The position numbers and the translations under genes are program-made. This document shows, one piece after another, positions 26,752 to 37,908 of a stretch of DNA of 64,000 nt. A model generated the notes under the pieces. That model ran no database searches and was not told where the DNA came from. It saw nothing but the letters and a program-made list of their open reading frames with translations. The DNA is from Candidatus Taylorbacteria bacterium RIFCSPHIGHO2_01_FULL_51_15. Lineage in GTDB: Bacteria > Patescibacteriota > Minisyncoccia > Phycocordibacterales > UBA10002. Position 1 is the first letter of the stretch. Every line of letters begins with the position of its first letter. Location: NCBI GenBank assembly GCA_001820935.1, contig MHRI01000030.1, forward strand, positions 2,734 through 66,733, in the 5' to 3' direction.

Positions 26752-27782
26752 CGTTTTTTTGCCGCCATGGCACGAACTTCATCGCGGTCATGCTCAAGCA
26801 TGATGCGCACTAACTCCTCAAAGCTCGTCTTCGGCTTCCATCCGAGCTCTTTATACGCTTTTGAGGCATCTCCTAAGAGACTGTCAACTTCAGCCTTTCG
26901 GTAATATTTCGGGTCAATCTTCAGAATGATTTTTCCCTTCTCATCCTTCGCCACCTCATCTTGTCCCTTGCCCTCGAATCGAATCTTAAATCCGATGAGG
27001 CGCGCCGCCGTTTCGAAAAATTCGCGCACCGTCCGACTCTCGCCCGTGGCAATTACGAAATCCTCCGGTTGATCCTTTTGGAGCATAAGCCACATAGCCT
27101 CAACATAATCTTGCGCAAATCCCCAGTCACGTTTTGCCTCAAGGTTGCCAAGAAGGAGCGTTTCCTGAAGACCTGCTTCGATCTTGGCGAGAGAGTGAGT
27201 GATCTTACGGGTCACAAAATGTTTTCCGCGTCGTGGCGATTCATGGTTAAACAGGATACCCGAACAGATAAACAAATGATGTCTATTTCGATAGCCTACG
27301 ACATAGTCATCATGAGCCTTCTGTTTAGCTTCTCCATAGGGAGAAACGGGATGGAATGGCGAGGATTCACTCTGGGGAGGTTTCGTCTTACCAAACATCT
27401 CGCTCGTGGATGCTTGGTAGATGCGTACTGAAGGATTCTCCTTCATGGCCGCGTTGACGAGCCGGCCGACACCGTAGTAGTTGATCTCAAAAGTCTCTTC
27501 CGGGCAAAGGAACGAGATACCGACGTCAGACTGCGCCGCAAGATTGTAAATCTCGTCGGGCTTGGCTTCGGCGATGACGCGCTCAAGTGCGCATGCGTCG
27601 CGCATATTACCACTCAGGAGTGTAATTTTTCTCTCCTCGTAGAGGTTTACAATACGCATGAGCGGGTCGGTACTGGTGCGGCGGAGCATTCCAAAGACTT
27701 CGTAGCCTTTTGCGACAAGGAAATCCGCCAAGTAGGAACCATCCTGGCCGGTAATGCCGGTTATGAGGGCACGTTTTTTCAT
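26748..27782 (-). CDS. gmd: GDP-mannose 4,6-dehydratase
   Basis: ALITGITGQDGSYLA, YQASTSEMFG, GILFNHESPRRG and FVTRKI motifs. Confidence 0.96.
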   Translation of the reverse strand: MKKRALITGITGQDGSYLADFLVAKGYEVFGMLRRTSTDPLMRIVNLYEERKITLLSGNMRDACALERVIAEAKPDEIYNLAAQSDVGISFLCPEETFEINYYGVGRLVNAAMKENPSVRIYQASTSEMFGKTKPPQSESSPFHPVSPYGEAKQKAHDDYVVGYRNRHHLFICSGILFNHESPRRGKHFVTRKITHSLAKIEAGLQETLLLGNLEAKRDWGFAQDYVEAMWLMLQKDQPEDFVIATGESRTVREFFETAARLIGFKIRFEGKGQDEVAKDEKGKIILKIDPKYYRKAEVDSLLGDASKAYKELGWKPKTSFEELVRIMLEHDRDEVRAMAAKKR

Positions 27783-27916
27783 ATCGAACAGTATAGCGTG
27801 TGTATTTCTTTTCTTCAATTCGGGGAGAGATAAGTTGCATTATCCCTCGACCCAGCTTACAGTAGATGCGCAAGAAGTTTCGATATAATTCTTTTGGAAT
27901 TTTTAACATACCATAG

Positions 27917-28651
27917 ATGAAAGGAGTCATTTTAGCGGGTGGCGATGCCACAAGACTTCGTCCACTTACCCTCGTGACGAATAAGCATTTGCTTCCGGTA
28001 TACAATAAGCCGCTCATTTACTACGGGATCGAAACGCTCGTGAACGCGGGAATTGACCGTATTATGGTCGTCACCTCTCCTCGCCACGTCGAGAACTTCG
28101 TGGGGCTCCTCGGTTCCGGCCAGCACTTCATTTCGAAAAGGGACGGCAAACAAATTCAGATCGTGTATGGCATCCAGAACGGGCCGTCGGGAATCGCGGA
28201 CGGTCTCTATATCGCCAAGGACTATATCGGGAGCGAGAGCTGTGCGCTCTACCTTGGAGACAATATCTTCGAAGATGATCTTCGGGTTCCCATTTCTGAT
28301 TTCAAGCGCGGGGCGATGGTTTTCCTGAAGGAGGTGACGGATCCAAAACGATTTGGCGTGGCGAACGTGGACGCGAAGGGAAACGTCCTTGGTATCGAAG
28401 AGAAACCAAAGGAGCCAAAATCCAATCTTGCAGTGACCGGCCTGTATCTCTACGATCATTCGGTATTTGAGAAAATGATCGGGCAACCTATGTCCGAGCG
28501 GGGAGAGTACGAGATCACCTACCTCAACAACAAATACATCGAAGAGGGAACACTAAGATCAGTACGCCTTCGCAAAGAATGGTTCGACGCCGGCACGACC
28601 GATAGCTTGCTCGAGGCAGGGAACTTTATGAGGAATAAAAAGCAGGCGTGA
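27917..28651 (+). CDS. rfbA: Glucose-1-phosphate thymidylyltransferase (short RmlA/SpsI type)
   Basis: GVILAGG.ATRLRPLT, NKHLLPVYNKP, LGDNIF, EEKP and WFDAGT motifs. Confidence 0.88.
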   Translation: MKGVILAGGDATRLRPLTLVTNKHLLPVYNKPLIYYGIETLVNAGIDRIMVVTSPRHVENFVGLLGSGQHFISKRDGKQIQIVYGIQNGPSGIADGLYIAKDYIGSESCALYLGDNIFEDDLRVPISDFKRGAMVFLKEVTDPKRFGVANVDAKGNVLGIEEKPKEPKSNLAVTGLYLYDHSVFEKMIGQPMSERGEYEITYLNNKYIEEGTLRSVRLRKEWFDAGTTDSLLEAGNFMRNKKQA

Positions 28652-29397
28652 GCTTTATGGCAACGACACACCCACACTCACTCTCCATTTTCTTCCCCTG
28701 CTACAACGACAAGGGAACGATAGGAACACTCGTGCTTGAAGCCGTCCGGGTCGCGAAGACTTTAACGAGCGACTTCGAGGTGATCGTGATCGAAGACGGT
28801 TCAACCGACGGTAGCCGCGAGTTCCTCCTCGATCTTAAGCTGAAAAACGAGATTCCCGAATTCAAACTCGTCCTCCATGAACAGAATAAAGGGTATGGAG
28901 CGGTGCTCCAGAGCGGCTTCAAAACCGCCCGCAAGGAGCTTGTCTTTTATACCGACGGTGACGGGCAGTACGATGTGCGGGAACTCCCTCGCCTCTGGGA
29001 AAAAATGACGCCCGATATGGACGTCGTCAATGGGTACAAAATCAAGCGCCATGACCCGTTCCACCGCATCATCATCGGCCTTCTGTATCAATATGTGATG
29101 AAGTTTGCGTTCGGGCTCGCCATCAAGGACGTTGACTGCGACTTTCGACTCATTCGCCGGAAGGTATTCGATGTGGTTGAGCTAAAAAGCACAACCGGTA
29201 CCGTCACCATCGAGCTTGTAAAGAGGATACAGCAGGCCGGGTTTCGCTTTACTGAGGTGGGCGTTTCGCACCATTTCCGCACGTACGGCACGTCGCAATT
29301 TTTCAATTTCAGGCGCGTGTTCAAAACGCTGTGGAAGCTCATTTTCCTGTGGGTGGATCTTATGGTTATTCATCGAACCGCGAAACAATCAGCATGA
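28648..29397 (+). CDS. Glycosyltransferase family 2
   Basis: FFPCYND, EDGSTDGS, YTDGDGQYD and DVDCDFRL motifs. Confidence 0.9.
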   Translation: MSFMATTHPHSLSIFFPCYNDKGTIGTLVLEAVRVAKTLTSDFEVIVIEDGSTDGSREFLLDLKLKNEIPEFKLVLHEQNKGYGAVLQSGFKTARKELVFYTDGDGQYDVRELPRLWEKMTPDMDVVNGYKIKRHDPFHRIIIGLLYQYVMKFAFGLAIKDVDCDFRLIRRKVFDVVELKSTTGTVTIELVKRIQQAGFRFTEVGVSHHFRTYGTSQFFNFRRVFKTLWKLIFLWVDLMVIHRTAKQSA

Positions 29398-29987
29398 AAA
29401 GCGCTCTCCTCGCATGGCTTGGCAGGAAGCCCGCTCTCGCGATCATTCTTCGAAGGGCAGTGGAGCTTAACTTTCGGAAAGAGAAAGCGGCCATCCACCG
29501 CTTCCTTCTCCCTCTCAAAGAAGGCGCGCAAGTGCTTGATATTGGCTCCGGCACGGGTGAGTTTGCCCCGCTTTTCCCCGTCTTACAGTACACAGGCATT
29601 GATCTTGATCCGAAGAATATCGCCTACGCGAAACGGCACTACCCGCATCGCTTCGACGTTGCGGACGCGACGGCTCTCCCGTTCTCGCCCCAGAGTTTCA
29701 GCGCGGCGCTCATCGTCGGCGTCCTGCATCATCTTTCAAAGGAGGACGCCGCACAAGCGCTTCGAGAGCTCCGGCGCGTGCTCCTGCCAGGCGGGCGCGC
29801 ACTTATCATGGAAGATACGCACTCACCTCGCTTTTATGTCCGCTCCATGCAGAAGATAGATCAGGGAGCTCACATCAGGAGTTTCGAGGAGTGGCAATCT
29901 CTCATCGGGAGCGCCTTCACCCTGGAAGAGGCGGGCAGATTCCACAATGGCCTTGCCCATTACTCATATTTTGTCTGTCGGAGTTGA
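29394..29987 (+). CDS. Class I SAM-dependent methyltransferase
   Basis: VLDIGSGTG, DATALPF, VLHH and RVLLPGG motifs. Confidence 0.88.
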   Translation: MKSALLAWLGRKPALAIILRRAVELNFRKEKAAIHRFLLPLKEGAQVLDIGSGTGEFAPLFPVLQYTGIDLDPKNIAYAKRHYPHRFDVADATALPFSPQSFSAALIVGVLHHLSKEDAAQALRELRRVLLPGGRALIMEDTHSPRFYVRSMQKIDQGAHIRSFEEWQSLIGSAFTLEEAGRFHNGLAHYSYFVCRS

Positions 29988-30022
29988 CCAAGCGCGTCAA
30001 ACTAGCGATACTACAGTGCGTT

Positions 30023-31288
30023 ATGAAGACTAGTCCCACACATGATGTGCCTCCGGGCAAGCTCGAGAGATGCCAGATCACCGGCTCGAAGAATCTCTTT
30101 GAGGTTATTGATCTTGGTCATCAACCACCCTGCGACTCGCTTCTTTCCAAGGAGATGCTCGACCAGCCTGAAGTTCACTACCCGCTTCGCCTCATGATCT
30201 GTCCCGATTCCGGCCTCGCACAGCTTGACCACATCGTTGATGGCAAGGTCATCTATCCTGCGAGCTATCCCTATCGGGCCGGCATCTCGGAGCCACTGCG
30301 CGTCTATCAGAAGGCATTTGCCGACGGTATCGTCAAAGATTTCGGCGTACCCAAAGACTCGCTGTGTGTTGATGTCGGTTCAAACGATGGGACACTGCTT
30401 ACCGGTTTTCGCCGGAACGGGATGCGCACACTTGGGGTGGAGCCGACCGATATCGCTAAGATCGCGAGGAAAGAGAACAAGATCGATACCCTCCAGGAAT
30501 TCTTTACGGAAGAAGTGGCCAAGGGAATCGTCAAAAAACATGGTGAGGCGAAGGTCATCACCATGACCAACGTCTTTGCCCACATGGCTCCACTCGGCGA
30601 GGTGATGCGTGGCCTTAAAACTTTACTCGATATGAGTGGTGTCTTCATTACCGAGAGCCAGTACTTACTCGATGTCCTCGAAGGCAATCAGTTCGACGGT
30701 ATCTATCACGAGCATATCCGAACGTATAGTCTAAGATCTCTCGTCACGCTTGCTCCTTACTACGACCTTGAGGTGTTCGACGTCACTCGCGCGTCGCGAT
30801 ACGGGGGCAATATTCGCGCCTACTTCGCCCGTAAAGGAGTACGCAAGGTGCACACACGAGTTAAGGAACTTCTCGCACTTGAAGAGAAGGCAGGCCTTTT
30901 CAAACCGGAAACCTGGGCGGCATGGAGAGCGCGCGTCGCGGAAAATCGGCGGCGCCTCATGGAGCTTGCGTATGCAGCGAAGCGAAAAGGGCTGCGCTTC
31001 GTGGCAGATTCGTGTCCCGGCCGCGGCGCGGTGCTCGTCAACTACTACGGGCTCGATGAGACGCTTATGCCATACATCGCGCAACTTCCCGGCTCTGAGA
31101 AGATAGGGAAGTTTCTCCCGGGGACGCATATTCCTATCGTTGACAACAAGATCATCCTAAAGGAACAACCGGACTATATCGTTATACTGGCCTGGCACTA
31201 TGGCGACTACATTATCAAAGAATGGCGGGCGAAAGGAGTTACCTCTACGTTCGTCCTTCCGCTCCCAGAGTTTAAGATAGTAAAATGA
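30023..31288 (+). CDS. NDP-hexose C-methyltransferase
   Basis: N-terminal Zn-type region '[19 protein letters not shown]'; [10 protein letters not shown]; NVFAH; IYHEH; C-terminal '[17 protein letters not shown]'. Confidence 0.88.
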   Translation: MKTSPTHDVPPGKLERCQITGSKNLFEVIDLGHQPPCDSLLSKEMLDQPEVHYPLRLMICPDSGLAQLDHIVDGKVIYPASYPYRAGISEPLRVYQKAFADGIVKDFGVPKDSLCVDVGSNDGTLLTGFRRNGMRTLGVEPTDIAKIARKENKIDTLQEFFTEEVAKGIVKKHGEAKVITMTNVFAHMAPLGEVMRGLKTLLDMSGVFITESQYLLDVLEGNQFDGIYHEHIRTYSLRSLVTLAPYYDLEVFDVTRASRYGGNIRAYFARKGVRKVHTRVKELLALEEKAGLFKPETWAAWRARVAENRRRLMELAYAAKRKGLRFVADSCPGRGAVLVNYYGLDETLMPYIAQLPGSEKIGKFLPGTHIPIVDNKIILKEQPDYIVILAWHYGDYIIKEWRAKGVTSTFVLPLPEFKIVK

Positions 31289-32391
31289 TGATCCCGTTCT
31301 ATGATCTGAAGAAGATACACGCTCGTTACAAAGAGGAGCTTACAGATGCGGCCGCGCGCGTCATAGAGGGAGGTCAGTACATTCTCGGGCAGGAAGTGGA
31401 GGCTTTCGAAAAAGCCTTTGCGCTCTACTGCGGCGTACCGTACACAATCGGCACGGGCAACGGACTCGACGCACTCACTCTCATTATCCGCGGATACAAA
31501 GAACTCGGCGTGCTAAAGGAAGGTGACGAGGTGCTCGTGCCGGCGAATACCTACATCGCGACCATTATCTCCATTACCGAAAACCGCCTGAAACCGGTGC
31601 TCGTGGAACCGGATAGACATACTTACAACCTCGACGCGGCACTTCTCGAAAAGCATATTACCTCAAAGACAAAGGCGATACTCATCGTGCATCTCTACGG
31701 AAGGGTCGGCTACTTTGAAGCGCTACACCTCCTTGCAAAGAAACATCATCTCAAGATTATTGAGGATGCCGCCCAAGCGCACGGGGCGGAATATAAAGGG
31801 ATAAAAACCGGCGCACTCGGAGACGCTGCCGGGTTCAGTTTTTATCCGTCTAAACCCCTCGGTGCGCTCGGAGATGCGGGCGGGGTCACTACAAGTGATT
31901 CGAAACTGGCTGGAGTCGTACGAGCCCTCCGCAATTACGGAAGTCACGAAAAATATCACAACCTCTTTCAGGGAGTGAATAGCCGTCTTGATGAACTGCA
32001 GGCGGCATTGCTTCGAGTAAAGCTCACCCATCTTGATACAGAAAATGAAGAAAGGCGCACTATCGCGCAAAGGTACCTTCGGGAGATACGGAATGAGAAG
32101 CTCATACTGCCCGAGGAACCAGCTTCTTCAAAGGAGCATGTCTGGCACCTGTTTGTCGTCCGCACCAGAAAGCGGGACGCATTTCAAGCATATCTTGCAC
32201 GGAAGGGTATTGAGACTCTGATCCATTACCCAATTCCCCCTCACAAACAGCCTGCATTTAAAACATGGAGCACTATGAGCTACCCCGTGAGCGAGGAGAT
32301 ACACAAAACGGCACTCTCGCTTCCGCTTAGCTCCGCGATGAGTGAAGAGGAGGTGGGGGAGGTCATCAATGCGTGTAATGAGTTTGAATAA
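31285..32391 (+). CDS. DegT/DnrJ/EryC1/StrS sugar aminotransferase
   Basis: [32 protein letters not shown] and [10 protein letters not shown] motifs. Confidence 0.93.
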   Translation: MMIPFYDLKKIHARYKEELTDAAARVIEGGQYILGQEVEAFEKAFALYCGVPYTIGTGNGLDALTLIIRGYKELGVLKEGDEVLVPANTYIATIISITENRLKPVLVEPDRHTYNLDAALLEKHITSKTKAILIVHLYGRVGYFEALHLLAKKHHLKIIEDAAQAHGAEYKGIKTGALGDAAGFSFYPSKPLGALGDAGGVTTSDSKLAGVVRALRNYGSHEKYHNLFQGVNSRLDELQAALLRVKLTHLDTENEERRTIAQRYLREIRNEKLILPEEPASSKEHVWHLFVVRTRKRDAFQAYLARKGIETLIHYPIPPHKQPAFKTWSTMSYPVSEEIHKTALSLPLSSAMSEEEVGEVINACNEFE

Positions 32392-32402
32392 CACTAAGTC
32401 AC

Positions 32403-34235
32403 ATGATCCCTTTTGAGTCACTGCGAAAGCGCGTATTCATGGGGTGCAGGAAACACCAGGTCGCTCTTTACGGCGCCCTTCTTGTAGGCGCGATCTACAT
32501 CGCCCCGCACCTTTTCTTCATGGCCTCCCTTGGCGAGGCGTATCGCGGGATTCCGATGATGCGTACTTCCAATGAAGATTTTTATCTCGCGCGTGTTCAA
32601 GAAATACTGGATGGACACCCCGGAGTCGGCTCTCCGGCATTTTGGGAATATAAAGAGGGGCCGCCGCTTTCACCTCCGGTGGGGGAGTTTCTGTACGCGC
32701 TTCCCAGTCTCATCTTTGGTATTTCACCGACCAGCACACTTCTTTCGAGCAGGTTTTTTCTACCCGCGCTTCTCTTCTTTCTTGTCTACCTGTTGGTACG
32801 GAGATTGAATGAAGATGAAGATACCTTTGCGAGCACCCTAAGTGCCATTGCGGGTGGACTACTCGTAACCCTTGGCTACGATCTTGTTGACTACCGAGCG
32901 GTTTGGAGTTTTTTAAATCAAACAGCTTCCCCAGTCCATTTCCTTGTTTGGTCGAGGCCGATCAATCCCGTGCTTGGGGCTATACTACTTTTTTCTTTTT
33001 TCCTTTCGCTCACATCGCTTGTGCAAGGAAGTCCTTACCGGAAATGGACAATAGCTAGTGCTTCCGCATGTTTCGCCCTTATGATAGGAAGCTACTTTTT
33101 CAGCTGGGGCATCGCCCTTTCGGTTATCACTTTTCTCGCGCTCACCTACCTGTTTCTTCGGAAATACCGCATTGTCGGCGATCTCTCGCTCATTGTTCTT
33201 TTTACCGCGATTCTTTCTTCCCCGTATTGGTACGCAACATGGCGAGCGGCACAGAGCCCCTGGTACGAAGCATCGGTGTTCCGAAACGGTCTCTTTTACA
33301 CCCACTACCCGTTGCTTAACAAGTTCCTCCTTGCCGCGCTCCTCGTCTTTCTGCTCCTCGCGCTCCTTGAGTTTTTACAAAAACGACGCATCGGTATGCC
33401 ATGGGGTATCAAAACATGGCATACCTTTTCTCTCGCTTTTCTCCTCGGGGGCTTGTGGGTTTACAGTCAACAGATGGTTACCGGGCGCACCGTGTGGCCC
33501 TATCATTTTGTACAGTACACCATCCCTCTCTCTATGGTGGTTATCACGGTAAGCCTTTTTCACACGCGGAAATTTCTTTTCTACGGATGGCATACTTTCG
33601 TTTCCGCGGCTCTGCTGGGGTCACTTTTATTCGCGATCTTGCTACAGGGGAGTGTGTATGAGCAGTCTCTTTCGTACTACACTAGGCTCCAATCAAAAGC
33701 TTCACTTTTCGATTTTTTGAATAGAAGAGAAAGAGATTGCGTCGTGCTCGTCGCGGACCGGGCCGCGGAGAGCTACACCCTTCATGGTCTCATTCCCGCT
33801 TTCACACATTGCAACACCTATAATTCAAACTGGGGGTATTCACTGATGCCCGACGAGCGAATACAACATAATTATCTTGTATATCTCCTTATGCGGGGTG
33901 TTACCGCGGAGGGAGTGGAAGCATATGTTCACAATAATGAAGGAGACGCGCGCGGCTACCTTTTTTCCAACTGGAAGGGGCTTTACGGCATCAGAGATTT
34001 TCCGGATTTTTCAGATACCGTAACGGAAGAACGGCTCGCAAAAATTCCAGAAATCTACCGGGCGTTTCTCGAAAAGGACATCACACAGGAACTTAGAAAG
34101 TACCGCCTCGACTATCTTCTATTTGAAGGTAAGCCGACTGCAGAACTGCTCCAGAGGTTAGACATCTCTTCCTCCGCTCCTATTTTCGAAGAGGGGGGAG
34201 TCTTTGTGTATGCGTTTTCTCGTTCATCCCCCTAA
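32403..34235 (+). CDS. Polytopic membrane protein, possibly GT-C/polymerase
   Basis: About 11 hydrophobic segments; 'NEDFYLARVQEILDG' after TM1; soluble C-terminal domain. Confidence 0.6.
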   Translation: MIPFESLRKRVFMGCRKHQVALYGALLVGAIYIAPHLFFMASLGEAYRGIPMMRTSNEDFYLARVQEILDGHPGVGSPAFWEYKEGPPLSPPVGEFLYALPSLIFGISPTSTLLSSRFFLPALLFFLVYLLVRRLNEDEDTFASTLSAIAGGLLVTLGYDLVDYRAVWSFLNQTASPVHFLVWSRPINPVLGAILLFSFFLSLTSLVQGSPYRKWTIASASACFALMIGSYFFSWGIALSVITFLALTYLFLRKYRIVGDLSLIVLFTAILSSPYWYATWRAAQSPWYEASVFRNGLFYTHYPLLNKFLLAALLVFLLLALLEFLQKRRIGMPWGIKTWHTFSLAFLLGGLWVYSQQMVTGRTVWPYHFVQYTIPLSMVVITVSLFHTRKFLFYGWHTFVSAALLGSLLFAILLQGSVYEQSLSYYTRLQSKASLFDFLNRRERDCVVLVADRAAESYTLHGLIPAFTHCNTYNSNWGYSLMPDERIQHNYLVYLLMRGVTAEGVEAYVHNNEGDARGYLFSNWKGLYGIRDFPDFSDTVTEERLAKIPEIYRAFLEKDITQELRKYRLDYLLFEGKPTAELLQRLDISSSAPIFEEGGVFVYAFSRSSP

Positions 34236-34433
34236 CTCGTGCCTATTCTCGGAATATCCGCGGTTCACCGCGATAGCGCCGCAGTGCCTGTTGTAGCTTC
34301 GGGAAATCTAAGAACTTGAAGGAGAAGGAGCATTACACTCCTTCGAAATACCCGAGGATCGCTACACCACTTTTTGAACCAGAAGCGTTTTTTGATTTTT
34401 ACATTCGGGCGGGCTATAGTTATCCACGCTTCC

Positions 34434-36020
34434 ATGGAACAAGAGAGCCCTCAAGCCGTACCTACCTTTGCGCGAAAGTTCGACAAACTGGCCTTATTTC
34501 ATCCAGTGTTCTTGGCCGTGTATCTTATGCTGTTTCTCTTTTCATACAACAAGGAGCAGTTGCAGTTTGGAAACATTATCCTACCTCTCCTTCTCACCCT
34601 ACTCTTTGTAGGTGGGGTATATCTTGTCACCTTCGCTTTTATCAAGCATAAGCAGACATCGGCGCTTATCGCATCTCTTAGTCTCATTTTCTTTTTCGCC
34701 TATGGCACGGCGTACGCCCCGATCGAGTACCTTAAAATCGGAGATGTCATCGTCGGACGGTTTCGGTACTTCTTTCCCGCGTGGTCGCTCCTCTTCCTTC
34801 TTATCGCGTACGGGATTGTGAGGATGCGCAGCTATACCAAGATCGCAACAAAGTTCATCGCCGTCGTTGGACTGACCCTCTTACTTTTCCCCGTGATTGA
34901 TATTGCCGCCTTCACTTTGCGAAACAACGATGAGGTCTCTCACACTTTCACAGGCCTCAAATCGGGCGAGGAAACTATCGCAGAAAGTCCTGACATTTAT
35001 TACCTCATTCTTGATCAGTACGCTCATGCAGAAACGCTTAAAGCGGCAGGCTTCGACAATACGTCTTTCATAAACGCACTTGAAGACAGAGGCTTTATGG
35101 TCAGGAAGAGAAGTGCGACCAATTATCCACTCACCAGCACTTCGCTCACCTCGTCACTCAACATGAGATACATAGAGGGGGAAAGGGAACTCGAAGACGC
35201 GGGAAGACAAGCATTTCGTGCCATACGCGATAACGCCGCTCAACGGTTCCTAAAGAACCGTGGGTATACCACCATTCACTTCGATACAGGAGTAAGCATT
35301 ACCGAGTATAATGAGTTTGCGGACGTCAACATCTCCTGCGGACGAGTGAGCGAACTTTGGGCGCTCATTATACGGATGACGCCGCTCAAGATCCTGGATC
35401 GCCGCTATCGGATTGTTGACGGTGATCATCGAGGAAGAATCCTCTGTCAGTTTGAGCGACTTGCCGAGGTTCCTTTCATGGAAGGAGAGATTCCCAAATT
35501 TGTTTTTGCGCATATCGTTTCTCCGCATGCACCCTTTGTGTTCGGCCCAAACGGCGAAAATGTAGATACATCTTTTCTCGGTGTTGACGTTGAACAACCA
35601 GGCGGAGAGAAGCTGTATCTTGAACAACTTCAGTATCTTAATACACTTGTTCTCGACACGGTGACCAAGATACAGGAACGCTCGAAGCGTCCGCCCGTTA
35701 TCATTATCCATTCAGACCACGGGTCAAGCTCGCGCCCGAGGGAGGTGTGGGATAATCCAACAGACGAGTTTTTGAACGAGAGAATGCGAAACTTCATGGC
35801 GCTCTACGCTCCCACCGTAGATCGAGAGATTTTCGCGAAAAAGGTAACGACTCCAGTGAACATCTTCCGCTTCATCTTCAATGAGTATTTCGACGCCAAC
35901 TTTCCGTTACTTGAGGAACGTAGCTACTTCGCGTCGATCAAGAAACCTTTCATTTTTACCGATGTCACCGATCGTTTAGAGTTCGCCTCCCCTGACGTGT
36001 TTCCGCCTTCGAAGCGGTAG
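34434..36020 (+). CDS. Membrane-anchored alkaline-phosphatase/sulfatase-superfamily (LtaS-like) transferase
   Basis: Five N-terminal TMs; 'PDIYYLILDQY', 'NYPLTSTSL', 'FVFAHIVSPHAPF' and 'IIIHSDHG' motifs. Confidence 0.75.
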   Translation: MEQESPQAVPTFARKFDKLALFHPVFLAVYLMLFLFSYNKEQLQFGNIILPLLLTLLFVGGVYLVTFAFIKHKQTSALIASLSLIFFFAYGTAYAPIEYLKIGDVIVGRFRYFFPAWSLLFLLIAYGIVRMRSYTKIATKFIAVVGLTLLLFPVIDIAAFTLRNNDEVSHTFTGLKSGEETIAESPDIYYLILDQYAHAETLKAAGFDNTSFINALEDRGFMVRKRSATNYPLTSTSLTSSLNMRYIEGERELEDAGRQAFRAIRDNAAQRFLKNRGYTTIHFDTGVSITEYNEFADVNISCGRVSELWALIIRMTPLKILDRRYRIVDGDHRGRILCQFERLAEVPFMEGEIPKFVFAHIVSPHAPFVFGPNGENVDTSFLGVDVEQPGGEKLYLEQLQYLNTLVLDTVTKIQERSKRPPVIIIHSDHGSSSRPREVWDNPTDEFLNERMRNFMALYAPTVDREIFAKKVTTPVNIFRFIFNEYFDANFPLLEERSYFASIKKPFIFTDVTDRLEFASPDVFPPSKR

Positions 36021-36068
36021 GGACTTTTGAGTTTTCGAGTGCGACATTATCAATTAATCAGCATATAT

Positions 36069-36353
36069 ATGAGACACACCACACATCGGCGGCAGCATAT
36101 TCTCGGCATGGTCGGCTTACTCGCCGTGCTTTCACTTATTGTACCGCGATCGGCGAGCGCCTATCTTGATCCCGGAACGGGGAGCTTCATCATTCAGGTC
36201 CTTCTTGCCGCAGTTGCGGGTGTGGGCTACTTGGTTAAGGTGTTTTGGAATGGTATCAAGAACTTTTTCTCCTCGCTTTTCTCGAGTAAGCGAAAGACGC
36301 CGCCTGAGGGTATGAGCACTAACCATGACCAAGATCAAAAAGGAACTTCGTGA
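36069..36353 (+). CDS. Small exported/membrane protein with YLDPGTGS motif
   Basis: Signal peptide ending A-S-A, then YLDPGTGSFIIQ, a TM helix and a basic tail. Confidence 0.7.
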   Translation: MRHTTHRRQHILGMVGLLAVLSLIVPRSASAYLDPGTGSFIIQVLLAAVAGVGYLVKVFWNGIKNFFSSLFSSKRKTPPEGMSTNHDQDQKGTS

Positions 36354-37458
36354 TTGTTTTCGATTCTTTTTCCGGACGACTGCAGAAGAAAAACGAATCG
36401 TCTTTTACTCCGAATACCGAAGCTATTATTCGTATTTTGAAGGTGCAATACGGGAGCTCTTAGAGACGCATAAAGCTCCTCTCTGCTATGTCACTTCTGA
36501 CTTTTCGGATCCGATCTTGCAAAGCCCTCTCCCCATTCGGACATTCTACGTACATCGGTTGCTCCCTCTGTTCATGTTATTTCTTGACGCGCGTGTGTGC
36601 GTTATGACGCTCACCGATCTCAATAAATTTCACCTCCGCCGCTCGATGCGGAACGTACACTACGTCTACATCTTCCATTCACTCATCAGCACGCACATGC
36701 AGTATCGGGAAGGAGCCTTCGACCATTACGATACGATTCTCTGTGCCGGCCCGCACCATATGAGGGAAATCCGCCAACGGGAGGAGATGATAAATTTGCC
36801 GAAGAAGAATCTTGTACCGGCCGGCTACTACCGCGTGGAGCGCGTAAAAGAGGCCTTCCTATCGGCGCCTTTAAAACTCTCATCAGAACCGAAAGTCGTT
36901 CTGGTAGCGCCTTCGTGGGGGAAGCAGAACATTCTTGAAGTCTGCGGAGCTTCGCTCGTGCGGCTACTAATTGCTGCGGGACATCATGTCACCGTGCGTC
37001 CTCACCCCGAAACGATGCGACGCTCTCCGGAACTTATCGCCAATCTTGAAGACGAATTCGGTAGGATGAAAGGATTCATACTCGAAAAATCAGTGGCGGG
37101 CTTTTCTTCACTCGTTGCGGCAGATGTTCTTATCACCGACTGGTCGGGAGTGGCGTTCGAATACGCCTTCGGGACCGAACGTCCGGTCCTGTTCCTGGAT
37201 GTTCCAAAAAAGGTTAATAACCCCTCATTCGAGACGTTGCACCTCCAGCCTCTAGAGGTGGTGGCGCGCGAGAAGATCGGCATTGTCATCTCTCCTACGC
37301 GCCTCGAAGAAGTAATCCCGGCTATCACCAAGCTCGTGGAGAAGCGAGAAGAGTACCACACATGCATCAGGACTTTGCGCAGTGAGACGGTGTATGAGCT
37401 CGGCTCATCGTCTAGGGCAATGGGAGAAAGTATTATGAGTCTTGCCCGCTCTCTATGA
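36325..37458 (+). CDS. CDP-glycerol glycerophosphotransferase (TagB/TagF)-like protein
   Basis: 'VLVAPSWG', 'VRPHP' and 'DVLITDWSGVAFEYAFGTERPVLF' motifs. Confidence 0.78.
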   Translation: MTKIKKELRDCFRFFFRTTAEEKRIVFYSEYRSYYSYFEGAIRELLETHKAPLCYVTSDFSDPILQSPLPIRTFYVHRLLPLFMLFLDARVCVMTLTDLNKFHLRRSMRNVHYVYIFHSLISTHMQYREGAFDHYDTILCAGPHHMREIRQREEMINLPKKNLVPAGYYRVERVKEAFLSAPLKLSSEPKVVLVAPSWGKQNILEVCGASLVRLLIAAGHHVTVRPHPETMRRSPELIANLEDEFGRMKGFILEKSVAGFSSLVAADVLITDWSGVAFEYAFGTERPVLFLDVPKKVNNPSFETLHLQPLEVVAREKIGIVISPTRLEEVIPAITKLVEKREEYHTCIRTLRSETVYELGSSSRAMGESIMSLARSL

Positions 37459-37907
37459 TTGCACCCACCCCTTCCTCGGCACTCGTCACCAAAGTTCTGC
37501 GTGAACTTCCTCCTTTCGAGACGGAGCAGGAGGGACAGATCTACACAGCCCTCATCGCAGAGAGACTTCTTCGTGCCTGGCCGCAGAACCTTTCCAAAGA
37601 TGACCTCGAATTTCTGAATATACTTTGCCGCAAGATCGAGGTCACGAAGAAACTTCTCTTGTCGTATGAGCTTCAGTGGAAACAGCCGAAGATACCGGTA
37701 GCACTGCCTCCTTCTTTTTTCCCTTTGATACTCTCTGTGCTCCTATTTCTTCCTGCTTTTCCCGGAGGAGACAAAGGACAGGCATTAAAACAGCTTAGCG
37801 CCGCATTCACGCTTATTGACCGCGCGGGAGATGGGGGAGGTGTGAGTGTACTAGACGAACTTCGCCGCTACGCGGAGGAGAGATTAACTCTGCTCACGAA
37901 AGACTGA
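37455..37907 (+). CDS. Hypothetical helical protein
   Basis: 150 aa; translationally coupled to both neighbours. Confidence 0.55.
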   Translation: MIAPTPSSALVTKVLRELPPFETEQEGQIYTALIAERLLRAWPQNLSKDDLEFLNILCRKIEVTKKLLLSYELQWKQPKIPVALPPSFFPLILSVLLFLPAFPGGDKGQALKQLSAAFTLIDRAGDGGGVSVLDELRRYAEERLTLLTKD

Positions 37908-37908
37908 T

